Below the pieces are notes generated by a model that worked only from the letters and a program-made list of their open reading frames with translations, was not told the DNA's origin and searched no databases. DNA of 41,534 nt from a virus (Duplodnaviria; Caudoviricetes): IMG/VR virus record IMGVR_UViG_3300027653_000027, positions 1 through 41,534 of that record. One strand, given 5' to 3'. Positions 16,294 through 26,277 of the stretch are shown here, piece after piece. Position numbers and translations under genes: made by a program. The first letter of the stretch is position 1, and every line of letters begins with the position of its first letter.

Positions 16294-16322
16294 TTGACAA
16301 ACTGTCCCACCCATGCTATAAT
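16294..16322 (+). promoter_or_regulatory. sigma70 promoter
   Basis: TTGACA-17 nt ending ccaTGc-TATAAT. Confidence 0.8.
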
Positions 16323-16327
16323 AGGTA

Positions 16328-16500
16328 ATGTAAGGATAATAAAAGATAATAATAACTCCTTACCAAGAATAATAACTATACATCCTTATGGGAATAACTT
16401 AATAATACTAAGTTTCCAAGGTTAGGGGTTGGCGAGAGGTGTGTCCCTCCTCCTGCACATCTCTCTATTTCCCCTTCAGCCCTCGAAAGAGGGCTTTCTA
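16328..16500 (+). ncRNA. candidate sRNA/leader with anti-Shine-Dalgarno loop
   Basis: Stem GAGAGGTGTG/CACATCTCTC with loop TCCCTCCTCCTG, then AGCCCTC-GAAA-GAGGGCT hairpin. Confidence 0.5.
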
Positions 16501-16520
16501 ATTTAGTCTAATTAAAGAAT

Positions 16521-16970
16521 ATGTTAGAAAGCCCTTTATACAAACATGGAGAACACATGACAAGTATTGTTGAAAGAGGACGAGCTACGAGATTCCAGAA
16601 AGGGAATACAATGCAAACCAACATATCTACTAGAAAAAGAATTAGGCGTTCTAAACTTCGTAAAACATACGAAGAGCTATATAAGCTGGAGCCTAAATGT
16701 CTTAAAAACATCAAAGCCTCTGTTGAAGGGGAAGATGTGGATAAAGAGGTGGTGGCTACAAGCAAGTGGGTGATTCAGCAGCTTCAAACACTGAATAGAG
16801 CCGCTGTCCAAGAAGAGGTGGAGATTAACAACCTCCGATGGAAAGGGGATGCTTTGGCAGAAGAAGCCATGGAAGCATCCTCTACAGCAGCAGAGGAAGG
16901 AGAGGATGGTGAGGAAAAGCCAACCACTCGATTCTCTCTGAGAGTATTGCCGACAAGTAAAGACGTATAA
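16521..16970 (+). CDS. probable terminase small subunit
   Basis: ATRFQKGN motif, helical 149-aa protein two genes upstream of TerL; function inferred. Confidence 0.5.
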   Translation: MLESPLYKHGEHMTSIVERGRATRFQKGNTMQTNISTRKRIRRSKLRKTYEELYKLEPKCLKNIKASVEGEDVDKEVVATSKWVIQQLQTLNRAAVQEEVEINNLRWKGDALAEEAMEASSTAAEEGEDGEEKPTTRFSLRVLPTSKDV

Positions 16971-16996
16971 GTAAGAATACAGGAGGAGAATTTAAC

Positions 16997-17419
16997 ATGA
17001 AACTTACACAGTATAAGATTTCTGTGAAAGGGACTGACATTTTCGGTCTAACATTTCTGAATAACATTATTGAATTGGCGAACAAAGGGGCTGTACTGGA
17101 TGAAGAACATTTGGTGAGCAACAAGTGGCCACATCATTGCGTGATGGTGTTAGAGACAGACAAAGATATTAACAAGCTTGTTGATTTTGACTTTACCAAA
17201 GGCATCTCTCTTGTTGATGAGAAGGATGCTATTAAAGCTAAATATCTAAACGAAGATGAACTCAAAGCTCTTTCATGGGTGGAATTGAGGAAGAGAGTCA
17301 AGAAGGATTTTAACTTGACAGAAGGAAACAGGGAAGAGCTTGAAGAGGAGTACCTTCGCAAAGTGAAGGAGAAAACCAATCCAAGTTTGTTTAAAAAGAA
17401 AGAAGAAGAACAAGTGTAG
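16997..17419 (+). CDS. hypothetical protein
   Basis: AGGAGG RBS, 140 aa. Confidence 0.8.
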   Translation: MKLTQYKISVKGTDIFGLTFLNNIIELANKGAVLDEEHLVSNKWPHHCVMVLETDKDINKLVDFDFTKGISLVDEKDAIKAKYLNEDELKALSWVELRKRVKKDFNLTEGNREELEEEYLRKVKEKTNPSLFKKKEEEQV

Positions 17420-17601
17420 ATGTAAGTTTTTAGCAGGTGACAAGAATTTGCAAGTTCTTCACATTGCTCACCCAATGTGATAGCCTGCGCTTTAATATAA
17501 GCCTTGGAGTAGTTCTGAGGCTTGATTCCTTTGAGGAGGTTGTCAAAATAAGGGAGGAGGAAGAGTTGAAATATTATGGATGGAATAGAGAGTAGGGAGG
17601 G

Positions 17602-19632
17602 TTGGTGGAAGAATACGATGTAATAGGGCCAGCATCTCCTTTCCAAGAAAAATATCTAAACGCAGATGAACAGATGCTTTTTGTAGGGGGTGCTGCGGGA
17701 TCGTCTAAAAGCTATATTGGATTGATGAGGCATCTTAGATTCGTCGAAGACCCTAATTATAAGGCATACTGCATTCGTAAGAATTCAAGTGCCATTATGT
17801 CTTCAGGGGGTCTGTTCGATGAAGCTGTAGAACTTTACAGAAAGTATGACCCTAAAATTAAGATAAAATTGCGGGATCAAAAAGTAATATTCTCTTCTGG
17901 AGCTGAGATAACATTCTCTCACTACGAGAATGATCAAGCAGCTAATAAATACCAAGGTAAATTATATTGCCTGACGTAGTGGTGACATTACGTTGTAACT
18001 CGGTTAATTCGGGGGAACTCTTTAGAAGACAACCCCGAGCGAAGCCTCTACAAGAGGAACGTGTAAAGACCACCTGCAAGGGTAGGGCCAAGCGGCCTGA
18101 AACACCGAGCATGTCTCTGACATGAAGATATGGTCTAATCTACATAGCAATATGTAGCAGCGAAAGCGAGAATGGGTTAGCGACCTATTCTGAATAAAAT
18201 GATTCAAATTTCAAACGTGTTCTTTGACGAAGTTTCACATACTTCGGAAGAAAGCATTTGGTGGCTTTGGTCTCGTCTTAGGTCAAGAGCTAAGAATGTC
18301 CATTCGTTGACAATGACAATGAACCCTGACCCAGATAACTGGACGCTTAAATATGCGATGTGGTATTTATATCCAGAAGGACATGAATTAGCTGGACGCC
18401 CTGACCCCGAGAAGAATGGGAAGGTGAGATATCTTCTTAGAATTGGGGGAGATATTGTATGGGGAGACACAAGAGAAGAACTTCAGGAAAAGTATGGCTA
18501 TGATAAGTCACCCATATCTTTTAGAGCTTTGTTCGGGACTATTGATGATAACCCTCCGCTTCAGTTGAGCAACCCTAGCTACCGTCAGAATCTTGAAGCC
18601 CTGCCTACGGTGGAGCGAGAGCGGTTGCTATACGGAAACTGGTTTGCAAGACCAGCTAATTCATCCTACTATAAACGAGAAGACCTAACAGAAATCGTAG
18701 AAGTTCCTCCTGATTCTGACTTCTCTAAAATAGTAAGGGCTTACGACTTTGCTGGGACATTGCCCCACGATGGTAACAAAGAGACTGACTACTTTGCTTC
18801 TGTAAAAATGGGTAAGCTCCATACAGGGGATTATGTCATTCTTGAAGTCGTCAGAACAAGAATTACATTCGGTGATTGGGAACAACACATTCTTGACAAT
18901 GCTTTCAGAGATGGGAATAAAGTGGAGATTATTCTCCCTCAAGACCCCAACGCAGCAGCAAAGGCTGCAACATCTTTGTTAGCCAGAAGCATTATTGAGC
19001 ATGGGTATATTGTAAGAACCAAACGCTCAAGCATGGGTAAGTTGGATTCCTTCAGACCTTTTGCAGCAGCAGTGGAGAATGGAAACGTTTCTCTGGTTAA
19101 AGGATGTGCTACAGACCTATGGAATAAAGTATATAACGATAATGACTTCTTCCACAAAGAGCTTGAAGCCTTTGATGGCAAGAGAAGAGGCGGGCAACAC
19201 CATGACGATGAGATAACACTAGGTCGTCAATAAACTGGCTGAATTCGGTGGACAACTCTAGTAGAATTATTAGAGTCAATACCGAGCCAAGCCTCACAAC
19301 AGTGAGGAAGGTTTAGAGACTATTATGTAGGGTCAAGTGACTCGAAGCGGCCAGCAATCACTTAGGTGGTTGAAGATATAGTCCAATCTGCATGGCGACA
19401 TGCAGCAATCTCAAAATAGTCTAAATTCTGCGGTAATTAATAGTAAAATAGGGGAAAGACTAAAGGAGATTGGGCGTAGCCTAACGAACTACGTTTAATA
19501 CAAATGATGGTGGACTGCTGTTCATTAGCATTTTCAACACTGGCACAAAGAGTGCATATTCCCAGCTTCATTGGTGGCCTGTCCTCAGCAGATTTGAGAC
19601 AGCCCAATCCTTTCAGAAGCAGTGCCCTCTAA
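17602..19632 (+). CDS. terL: terminase large subunit, three exons: 17602-17958, 18202-19209, 19507-19632 (~496 aa)
   Basis: Walker A GGAAGSSKS; spliced junctions restore YQG|IQISNVFFDE (Walker B) and HDD|MVD (nuclease); TMNP and RAYD motifs. Confidence 0.93.
17959..18201 (+). mobile_element. group I intron 1 in terL (243 nt, no ORF)
   Basis: Exon ends in U with P1 AGGU/GCCU; P AATTCGGGGGAA, Q AACCCCGAGC, R GTAAAGACCA, S AAGATATGGTCT; terminal G18201; frame restored. Confidence 0.92.
19210..19506 (+). mobile_element. group I intron 2 in terL (297 nt, no ORF)
   Basis: P1 GACGAU/GUCGUC with U-G; P AATTCGGTGGA, Q AATACCGAGC, R TTAGAGACTA, S AAGATATAGTCC; P3 CTGGC/GCCAG; terminal G19506. Confidence 0.94.
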
Positions 19633-19649
19633 ATTAAAAGGAGAAAGAG

Positions 19650-21498
19650 TTGGCTGAAAATACAGACGATACGCTCTCCTCTGGAACGGAGGGGGTGTCT
19701 CTTACTAAGGGGGACAATGAAATCCCCCCTCTTGCTTTAGGAGAGAAAGGCTTCATTGGGTTGAAAGTCCTTGGGGGACAAATCCTTGAGGAATGCCAAC
19801 ATGAATTGATGTGGCCACAATGTATTGATACATACAAGAAGATGGCTAAAGATGGGACTATTGCTCCCGCTCTTGAACTTGTGGAAATGATGATTTCAAG
19901 AGTTCCTTGGCATGTGACAATCCCTGAAGGATATGAAGAAGAGCTTGCGGAGAAGGCTGAATTCTTACGTCAAAACATGAGGGACATGGAGCATAGCTGG
20001 AATGATTTTATTAAACAAGCTCTATCATTCCATAGATATGGGTTCTGTGTCAATGAGAAAGTATATAGATACAGACGTAAGGATAAGGGTAGTAAATACA
20101 ATGATGGTCTAATTGGCATCAAGAAGCTCCCCATCCGTTCTCAAGACACCATTACGGACTGGGTGTTCAAGAATAAGGGAAGAGAGCTTGCTGGACTACA
20201 TCAAGAAGTGTATGTTCCTACAAACTCTCTCAGAGGACAAAATGCCACATCTCTGTATGTAAAAGATTCCTATACAAGACAAGAAAAATATATTCCAAGG
20301 AAGAAATTCCTATTGTTCAGAAACAATCCTCTGAAGGATAGCCCCATTGGAATGAGTTGTCTGAATGGCGCATGGCAGGCTTGGAAGTATAAACAGTCTT
20401 ATCAGGAAGCTGAAGCGTTGGCGGTTAATTAGTAGCCGCACTTGCCAGTAACGGTAAGTTAAAAATTCATCTAATTGCTGGAAAGCCTGCAAAGGTGATC
20501 AGCAGCGAAGGTAATGGTGAAACAAGATACATAACAAATAGAGTCTACCCAAGAATTCAGTATTTTGTTTTAATTACAACGTCCAACGACTATCCCGAAA
20601 GGGAGTAGACTACAAGCTATTGGTAGTTGAAACGGTGAAACCCCTAACGACAAAGACGAGGGGTAAGATATAGTCTGGTCTACAAGGAGACTTGTAGCAG
20701 CTCTTAGAGAGCGGGGAGAGGGTAGCGACCTCTCCTGAACATAAACGAGCGCATGATAGCAACGGCTTTAAAGTGCTATACCTCCCACCCCAATATATGG
20801 CAGAAGATGCCACCCCTGAGAACAAAGCTGTATACGAGCATTATAAGTCTATGCTTATGGCAGCCAGTAGGGGGGAGCTTACATCTTTCATTCTTCCACT
20901 GATTATGGATGGGGAAGGCAATGAGATGTTTAAGTTTGATATCAAGTCTGTCACAGGAAACAAGACATACGATATCAATACCATCATTGGAAGGTATGCT
21001 AACGAAATCCTCACCAGCTTGTTCGCTGACTTCCTTACATTGGGAAGTGAAGGGGGCGGCAGCTACAGTCTTGCAGAATCCAAAGTAAGCATTGTTGAAA
21101 TGGCTATTCAAGCCAAACTGGACGAGCTTCAGGATCAAATCAATCATGACCTTGTGAAGCAACTGTTTGAGCTGAACGGGTGGGATACAGATGTGATGCC
21201 CGAAATTAGGTATGGTCAGATCACTAAGCCCAGTCTCGATGAAGTGAGTAAGTGGGTTCAGAGAGTGTCTGCTACAGGCAATCTTCCCAAGAATAGGGAA
21301 ACTCTTAATTGGATTCTCTCTACTGCTGACATCCCTTACAGAATTCCTAAGAGCATGTCCGAGGAAGAAATAAAAGATATGCTTTCTGATGACACCAGTA
21401 GAAGTGGGGACGGTATGACCTCTGGTTTAGGTAGTGGTGTAGGAGATGTCACTGGGGGCGAAGGAGATAGTTCTGTAGGGAATGTGGAAAATGCTTGA
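19650..21498 (+). CDS. portal protein, two exons: 19650-20425 and 20748-21498 (~508 aa)
   Basis: Between TerL and the prohead protease; YGFCVNEKVY and GSYSLAESK motifs; splice gives EALAV-AHDSNGFKVLYLPP in frame. Confidence 0.9.
20426..20747 (+). mobile_element. group I intron in the portal gene (322 nt, no ORF)
   Basis: P1 GCGGU/GCCGC with U-G; P AATTGCTGGAA, Q ATCAGCAGC, R TCCAACGACTA, S AAGATATAGTCT; terminal G20747; GT+A rejoins as Val. Confidence 0.92.
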
Positions 21499-21524
21499 GG
21501 AATTAAAACAACAAGGGAGGAAGT

Positions 21525-22910
21525 ATGGCCCATGAATTAACAAGAATTAGGAGTAGACTATTAAACACTCCTTTATTGGTGGAAGCTAAGACATTTGAAG
21601 GGGTGATGGAGTACCTTGATAAAAGAGTTCAGGGTGGTGTAGCTGTCCAACCCAATCTTGACAAAGACTCATCTGAAAGAGAGTTTCAGGGATTGGGGAC
21701 AATAGCATATCCGGAGCAAAGTCTTGGTCTTATCCGAATCGAAGGCCCGCTGACAAATAAAACTACAGGATGGGAAGCTCTTTGTGGTGGTGTAAGCTAC
21801 GAAAGTATTAAAGAGGATTTCCACACCCTTCTTGACAAGGGGGTGAAGACGGTAGGTTTTGTTGTTGATAGTGGAGGTGGGGAAGCCTACGGACTGTTTG
21901 ATACAGGAAACTATCTTAGAAAGATTGCTGATGAAAATGATGTAAAAATTATTTCCTATGGAGATGGACTATCAGCTTCGGCAGCCTACGGACTTACTGC
22001 TATTTCAGATGAAGTAATTGTAAATTATTACAGTGAAGTGGGAAGTATTGGTGTTCTCGTAAGGTTGATCAATGATAGTAAACGTCTTGAGAAAGACGGT
22101 TTTGAGAGAACTTTCATTACGGCAGGGGACGAAAAGATTCCCTTCAATGAAGAAGGGGGCTGGAGAGAAGGATTTATAGAAGACCTCCAGTATAAAGTAG
22201 ATTCCCTCTACAGAGAATTCACAGAATACGTTTCAGAACATCGTAACGTTTCTGTTGAATCGGTTAGGCAAACCCAAGCTAAAACATTCATGGCAAAGGA
22301 AGCCATTGACTTGGGCCTAGCTGACCGAGTGATGACTCTTGAAGAGTTTTATTCATATTTGTCGAGCAAAGCCCGAGACAATAAAAATGGAAGCAGTATG
22401 AACATTAATAGATATATCAAATTTAATAAAGAGGATGTAAAAACCATGGAACTTTCTGATATTCAGTCAGAGCTTGCGCAGAAAGTGGAGCAGCTTGAGG
22501 AAGCCAACGCTTCTGTAGCACAACTCACTTCACAACTCTCTGAGATGACAGCCAACTACCAAACTCTCGTCTCTGAGATGGAAGCTAAAGAATCTGAGCT
22601 TAAAGATGTGCAAGCATCTTTGGCTAAGATGAAAGAAGAGAAAGAAGAAGCTAAAGCAACTCTTCGTAAAAGCAAACTCTCTGCTGTTGTAGCAGAGGAT
22701 CAAGTAGAGGGCATCTATGCCTCTCTGGCTTCACTTGACGATGAAGCATTTGATACCGTGCTGGCGGGTTTCGCTGCACAGTCTAAAGCAGTTCAGGAAT
22801 CTGAGCTGATGCAGGAAATGGGCAGCTCTTTCTCTAAGTCTGATGAAAAAGAAGATAAAGAAGAGCTTTCCACCACCGATAAAGTTATCCTTGAACGAAT
22901 CAAACAATAA
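21525..22910 (+). CDS. S49-family prohead protease with C-terminal coiled-coil scaffold region
   Basis: VDSGGGEA, SASAAY, VGSIGV, AGDEK motifs; heptad-rich C-terminus. Confidence 0.9.
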   Translation: MAHELTRIRSRLLNTPLLVEAKTFEGVMEYLDKRVQGGVAVQPNLDKDSSEREFQGLGTIAYPEQSLGLIRIEGPLTNKTTGWEALCGGVSYESIKEDFHTLLDKGVKTVGFVVDSGGGEAYGLFDTGNYLRKIADENDVKIISYGDGLSASAAYGLTAISDEVIVNYYSEVGSIGVLVRLINDSKRLEKDGFERTFITAGDEKIPFNEEGGWREGFIEDLQYKVDSLYREFTEYVSEHRNVSVESVRQTQAKTFMAKEAIDLGLADRVMTLEEFYSYLSSKARDNKNGSSMNINRYIKFNKEDVKTMELSDIQSELAQKVEQLEEANASVAQLTSQLSEMTANYQTLVSEMEAKESELKDVQASLAKMKEEKEEAKATLRKSKLSAVVAEDQVEGIYASLASLDDEAFDTVLAGFAAQSKAVQESELMQEMGSSFSKSDEKEDKEELSTTDKVILERIKQ

Positions 22911-22922
22911 GGAAATATAATT

Positions 22923-23369
22923 ATGCCTTTCATTCCCGCCACTAATGTAGTACGTCTGTCCGATCTCGTAGTCCATGAGCTTGATCCTGCTGTTGGCTAT
23001 AGCCGCCGTGACATCAATATCACTGCTGCAACCGAAGCCACTCTTGGCATGGTCGTAGCCCGTGAGATTACTTCCGATCTGGAAGCTCCTTACGCCCCCG
23101 TAACTGATGCAGCCCAACTGGTTGACACCAACGAGTTTGCTGTTGTCTTTGGCGATGAGTTCAGCTTTAACCCTAGCTTCACTGCACGAGCCATTGTAGC
23201 TGGTCAATATAATGCTGTTGGTTTTGTTGGTACTTCAGGTGCCCTGCAACTCAAAGAATACTACATCAAGAAGTACATTGTAGATGACGCAGAACTCACT
23301 GAAGCCAACTACGAAACCCTGAAGGGACTTCTGGAAGCCCAAGGCATCCAGATCCTGAAGACTGTTTAA
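22923..23369 (+). CDS. head decoration/stabilisation protein
   Basis: Between protease and capsid; SDLVVHELDP..GYSR; highly expressed codon style. Confidence 0.75.
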   Translation: MPFIPATNVVRLSDLVVHELDPAVGYSRRDINITAATEATLGMVVAREITSDLEAPYAPVTDAAQLVDTNEFAVVFGDEFSFNPSFTARAIVAGQYNAVGFVGTSGALQLKEYYIKKYIVDDAELTEANYETLKGLLEAQGIQILKTV

Positions 23370-23397
23370 TCATACTGATAAAAGGAAAATAAATACA

Positions 23398-24468
23398 ATG
23401 GCAATTGTTATCAATCCGGCACAACCGGGTAAAGTAGTAGATCGCACTGACTCCCTTCTGCGTATCCCCAACACTGTTGGTATTACTAACGCTCTTGGTC
23501 TTTTCACTGAAGACCCGCGTTCACAGAAGAACATTGAGATTGTCCGAACCACCACCCGTAGTCACCTGCTGGAAGACCGTAACTGGGATGAGCGCAATCA
23601 GACTATTGCTGGCCGTGAGTCTGACAGCCTTCTGCTGAAGATTCCTCACTTCCCTGCTGACGACGCTATCACCCCGAATGATCTTGATGGCGTTTTGCAA
23701 GCGGGTAGTTTGGCTGAATCCGTAGAGCTGGAAACTGTAGCCTCTGTACGCGCCCAGAAGATGTTTGATCTTCGTGAAGCTCATGGCCTCACTCTTGAAG
23801 CGGCTCGTATGCAGCTCATCACTCAAGGAACTGTATATGCTCCTCGTGGCACTGTAGTTACCAACTACTATACCGAGTTTGGCATCACCCGAGTAGAAGA
23901 AGGCATCGACCTGTCCGCATCTACTGATCCCCGTACTGCTATCAACGACATTAAGAAAGCCTCTCGTGCTGGTCTGACAGGTGGTCAAGCTGGCCAAGTA
24001 CGAACTTTTGTTGCTCTGGCTTCTGACAGCTTCTACAACGCCCTGCTACAGAATGCTTACGTCACTGACGCTCTGAAGTATGTTGACCAAGGTCAAGCTC
24101 TGTCTATCCTGCTGGGCAACGGTGGCAACGCTGTAAACGGTCTGGACGCTCGCTTTGAGTCTGTCACTCTGTTTGGCATCACTTGGATCAATGCTGGTGC
24201 TTCTGGTTATGAGGACGCTGATGGCAACTTCGTACCGTTTATCCCAGAGGGTGATGCTTACATCCTGCCTGTTGGTGTTCGTGATATGTTCAAAACCTAT
24301 TACGCTCCTGCCAACCGTTTCAGTTCTGTAAACCGCCGTGCAGCCATGAGCTACTGGTTTGAATACCTGAACGAGAAGGATGACATCATTGAGATCATGA
24401 CTGAGCAAAACTTCCTGAATGCCATGCTGCATCCGGGAGCTGTTGTTCGGGCTTTCCTCGACTCTTAA
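23398..24468 (+). CDS. major capsid protein (lambda E-like)
   Basis: 356 aa; IPHFP.DD.ITP.D, NYYTEFGITR, TYYAPAN motifs; strong codon bias; followed by a terminator. Confidence 0.93.
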   Translation: MAIVINPAQPGKVVDRTDSLLRIPNTVGITNALGLFTEDPRSQKNIEIVRTTTRSHLLEDRNWDERNQTIAGRESDSLLLKIPHFPADDAITPNDLDGVLQAGSLAESVELETVASVRAQKMFDLREAHGLTLEAARMQLITQGTVYAPRGTVVTNYYTEFGITRVEEGIDLSASTDPRTAINDIKKASRAGLTGGQAGQVRTFVALASDSFYNALLQNAYVTDALKYVDQGQALSILLGNGGNAVNGLDARFESVTLFGITWINAGASGYEDADGNFVPFIPEGDAYILPVGVRDMFKTYYAPANRFSSVNRRAAMSYWFEYLNEKDDIIEIMTEQNFLNAMLHPGAVVRAFLDS

Positions 24469-24473
24469 GTCTT

Positions 24474-24512
24474 AGGGGAGGAGGAGGATATTTATTCTCT
24501 TCCTCTTTCTCT
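24474..24512 (+). terminator. putative terminator after the capsid gene
   Basis: GGGGAGGAGGAGGA...TTCTCTTCCTCTTTCT hairpin. Confidence 0.55.
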
Positions 24513-24532
24513 AACCTCAATAGGAGAATGTA

Positions 24533-24886
24533 ATGGAAGTAGATACAAGAGCGGGCTGGATTACCGCTGTGCAAGCAATTGCAAAGGAGATTGGTGAAGG
24601 TGGTGCCGAAGGTCCGCCGGGTCCAAAAGGTGACCCCGGCCCTAAGGGCGACCCCGGTGATCCGGGAGCACCCGGAGAGAAGGGAGACAAAGGCGATAAA
24701 GGCGATAAAGGCGACCCCGGAGAGAAGGGAGACAAAGGCGATCCGGGCGAGTCTGCCGAACAGATTGAAAACACCCCTGTCCCTGAAGACATTGAGGATA
24801 TTGAAGGGGTGGTAAACTACCTGAAAGATTTGGTAGATGCAATGATTGATGCTGGTGTTATGTCTAATGGCGCTGGTGGAGAATAG
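24533..24886 (+). CDS. collagen-like head fibre protein
   Basis: 16 consecutive G-X-Y triplets (GPP to GES); C-terminal amphipathic [11 protein letters not shown]. Confidence 0.8.
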   Translation: MEVDTRAGWITAVQAIAKEIGEGGAEGPPGPKGDPGPKGDPGDPGAPGEKGDKGDKGDKGDPGEKGDKGDPGESAEQIENTPVPEDIEDIEGVVNYLKDLVDAMIDAGVMSNGAGGE

Positions 24887-24927
24887 TGAAAGGGGCAGTG
24901 TTCCTGCCCTCCTTTGAGGAGAGCTGA

Positions 24928-25359
24928 ATGGCACTGACTGAAGAAGAAAAAATTAATAGAGTAAGGCTTTTAATTGGTGATGTGGAATCCAGCCCTTTCT
25001 ACCCTCTTTACACTGATGGAGAGGTTGATGGGTTTTTGGATATGGCTGGAGGAGATGTATTTCAGGCAGCTAAACTCGCAGCTATTTCAGCAGCTTTCCA
25101 GTTTGCAGGAATAAATACAAGAGAGATAACAGGGGATATTGAAGTCTGGAACTCTCTTTCTACACAATACCTGAAAGCCCTTGACTACCTCATTACCAAC
25201 CCCTCTCTTGGTATACCTTCTGGTCTTATCCCTTGGATGCACACTACAAGCATGTGTAACCTGACTTCAATTAAACTCTGTTCTGAAGAACCGGATGCAT
25301 TCAGTCATTGTAGGACAGGCACCTGTTCCTCCAACCCTTGTGAGTGCAAGAGGAGGTAG
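24928..25359 (+). CDS. head-tail adaptor
   Basis: RVRLLIGD...YTDGEV motif; synteny. Confidence 0.7.
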   Translation: MALTEEEKINRVRLLIGDVESSPFYPLYTDGEVDGFLDMAGGDVFQAAKLAAISAAFQFAGINTREITGDIEVWNSLSTQYLKALDYLITNPSLGIPSGLIPWMHTTSMCNLTSIKLCSEEPDAFSHCRTGTCSSNPCECKRR

Positions 25360-25361
25360 GA

Positions 25362-25763
25362 ATGGTAACTAAACCAAGGTTTCTTCTTACGGGAAAAGTC
25401 CCTATCACCATCTATAGAACAATAGGTGTTGGTGGCTATGTAAGAGGGGAGTGGAAAGACCCTGAAGCGGAAGAGATAGAAAGGGAAGTTAATATCCAAC
25501 CTCTTCGCTACAAGGAAGTGATGCTCCTCCAAGATTCACAAAGAACGAGGCAGTGGTGGCAGCTCTACTGTTCAGAAGATTTGAGAATGGATCAAGAGGA
25601 AGGAATAAACCCCGATACTGGAGAGGTTATCGAAGGCTGGCAAGCTGATGAGTTTTATTGGCAAGGGTACAGATACAAGATAATGAAAGTCAAAAACTAC
25701 TCTATGGGCGTGTTAGACCATTATTCAGCTCAAGCCGTAAGGGTGGAGATTACACCCAACTAA
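25362..25763 (+). CDS. head closure/head-tail joining protein
   Basis: GGYVRGEW, NIQPL, ADEFYWQG.RY; start ATG 25362. Confidence 0.65.
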   Translation: MVTKPRFLLTGKVPITIYRTIGVGGYVRGEWKDPEAEEIEREVNIQPLRYKEVMLLQDSQRTRQWWQLYCSEDLRMDQEEGINPDTGEVIEGWQADEFYWQGYRYKIMKVKNYSMGVLDHYSAQAVRVEITPN

Positions 25764-25776
25764 AGAGAATGAAGGT

Positions 25777-26277
25777 ATGCCTAGAAGAGATGTTGTAGTA
25801 GACAAAAGAGTTTGGGAGAGGATGAAGAAGAATCTCCTTGTAGGGGCTAAGAAGTCTGCCCAAGTGGGTTGGTTTTCTGGCTCCCATCACTCTTCTGCTG
25901 AAGTTCCGATGGCTCAACTAGCTTCTTGGCTTGAGTTTGGTCACAGAAATGGGGGAATGTATGATGGAACTATAACACCCCCTCGACCTTTCATGAGAGC
26001 TGGGTTTATTGTCTATATGAAAAACAATCCAAAATTTGCTTCTCTTGTTCATACCAATATTATTTCTGTTATGACAGGGAAGAAAACTTGGTCCAAGATG
26101 TATAGCGATATTGCCCCCGAAATGGCTAAAGCCTTGAAGATGGTGATGGAGTCTTGGGATGACCCAAGGAACGGGCCTATTACAATCAGTCTTAAAGGGT
26201 TTGATAATCCTCTGATTGAATCTGAGGAATTAGTGAATAGTATCCAATGGAGAGTGAGGAATAGGGGAACCAAATAA
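25777..26277 (+). CDS. neck/tail completion protein
   Basis: VGWF, LEFG, PPRPFMR, KGFDNPLI motifs. Confidence 0.7.
   Translation: MPRRDVVVDKRVWERMKKNLLVGAKKSAQVGWFSGSHHSSAEVPMAQLASWLEFGHRNGGMYDGTITPPRPFMRAGFIVYMKNNPKFASLVHTNIISVMTGKKTWSKMYSDIAPEMAKALKMVMESWDDPRNGPITISLKGFDNPLIESEELVNSIQWRVRNRGTK

Noticed and set aside
17959-20747. Stop-codon reassignment, frameshifts or pseudogenes as the cause of split terL and portal ORFs
   Set aside because: Each gap contains a complete group I core and excision restores conserved motifs; TAG ends other genes normally and no suppressor tRNA is present
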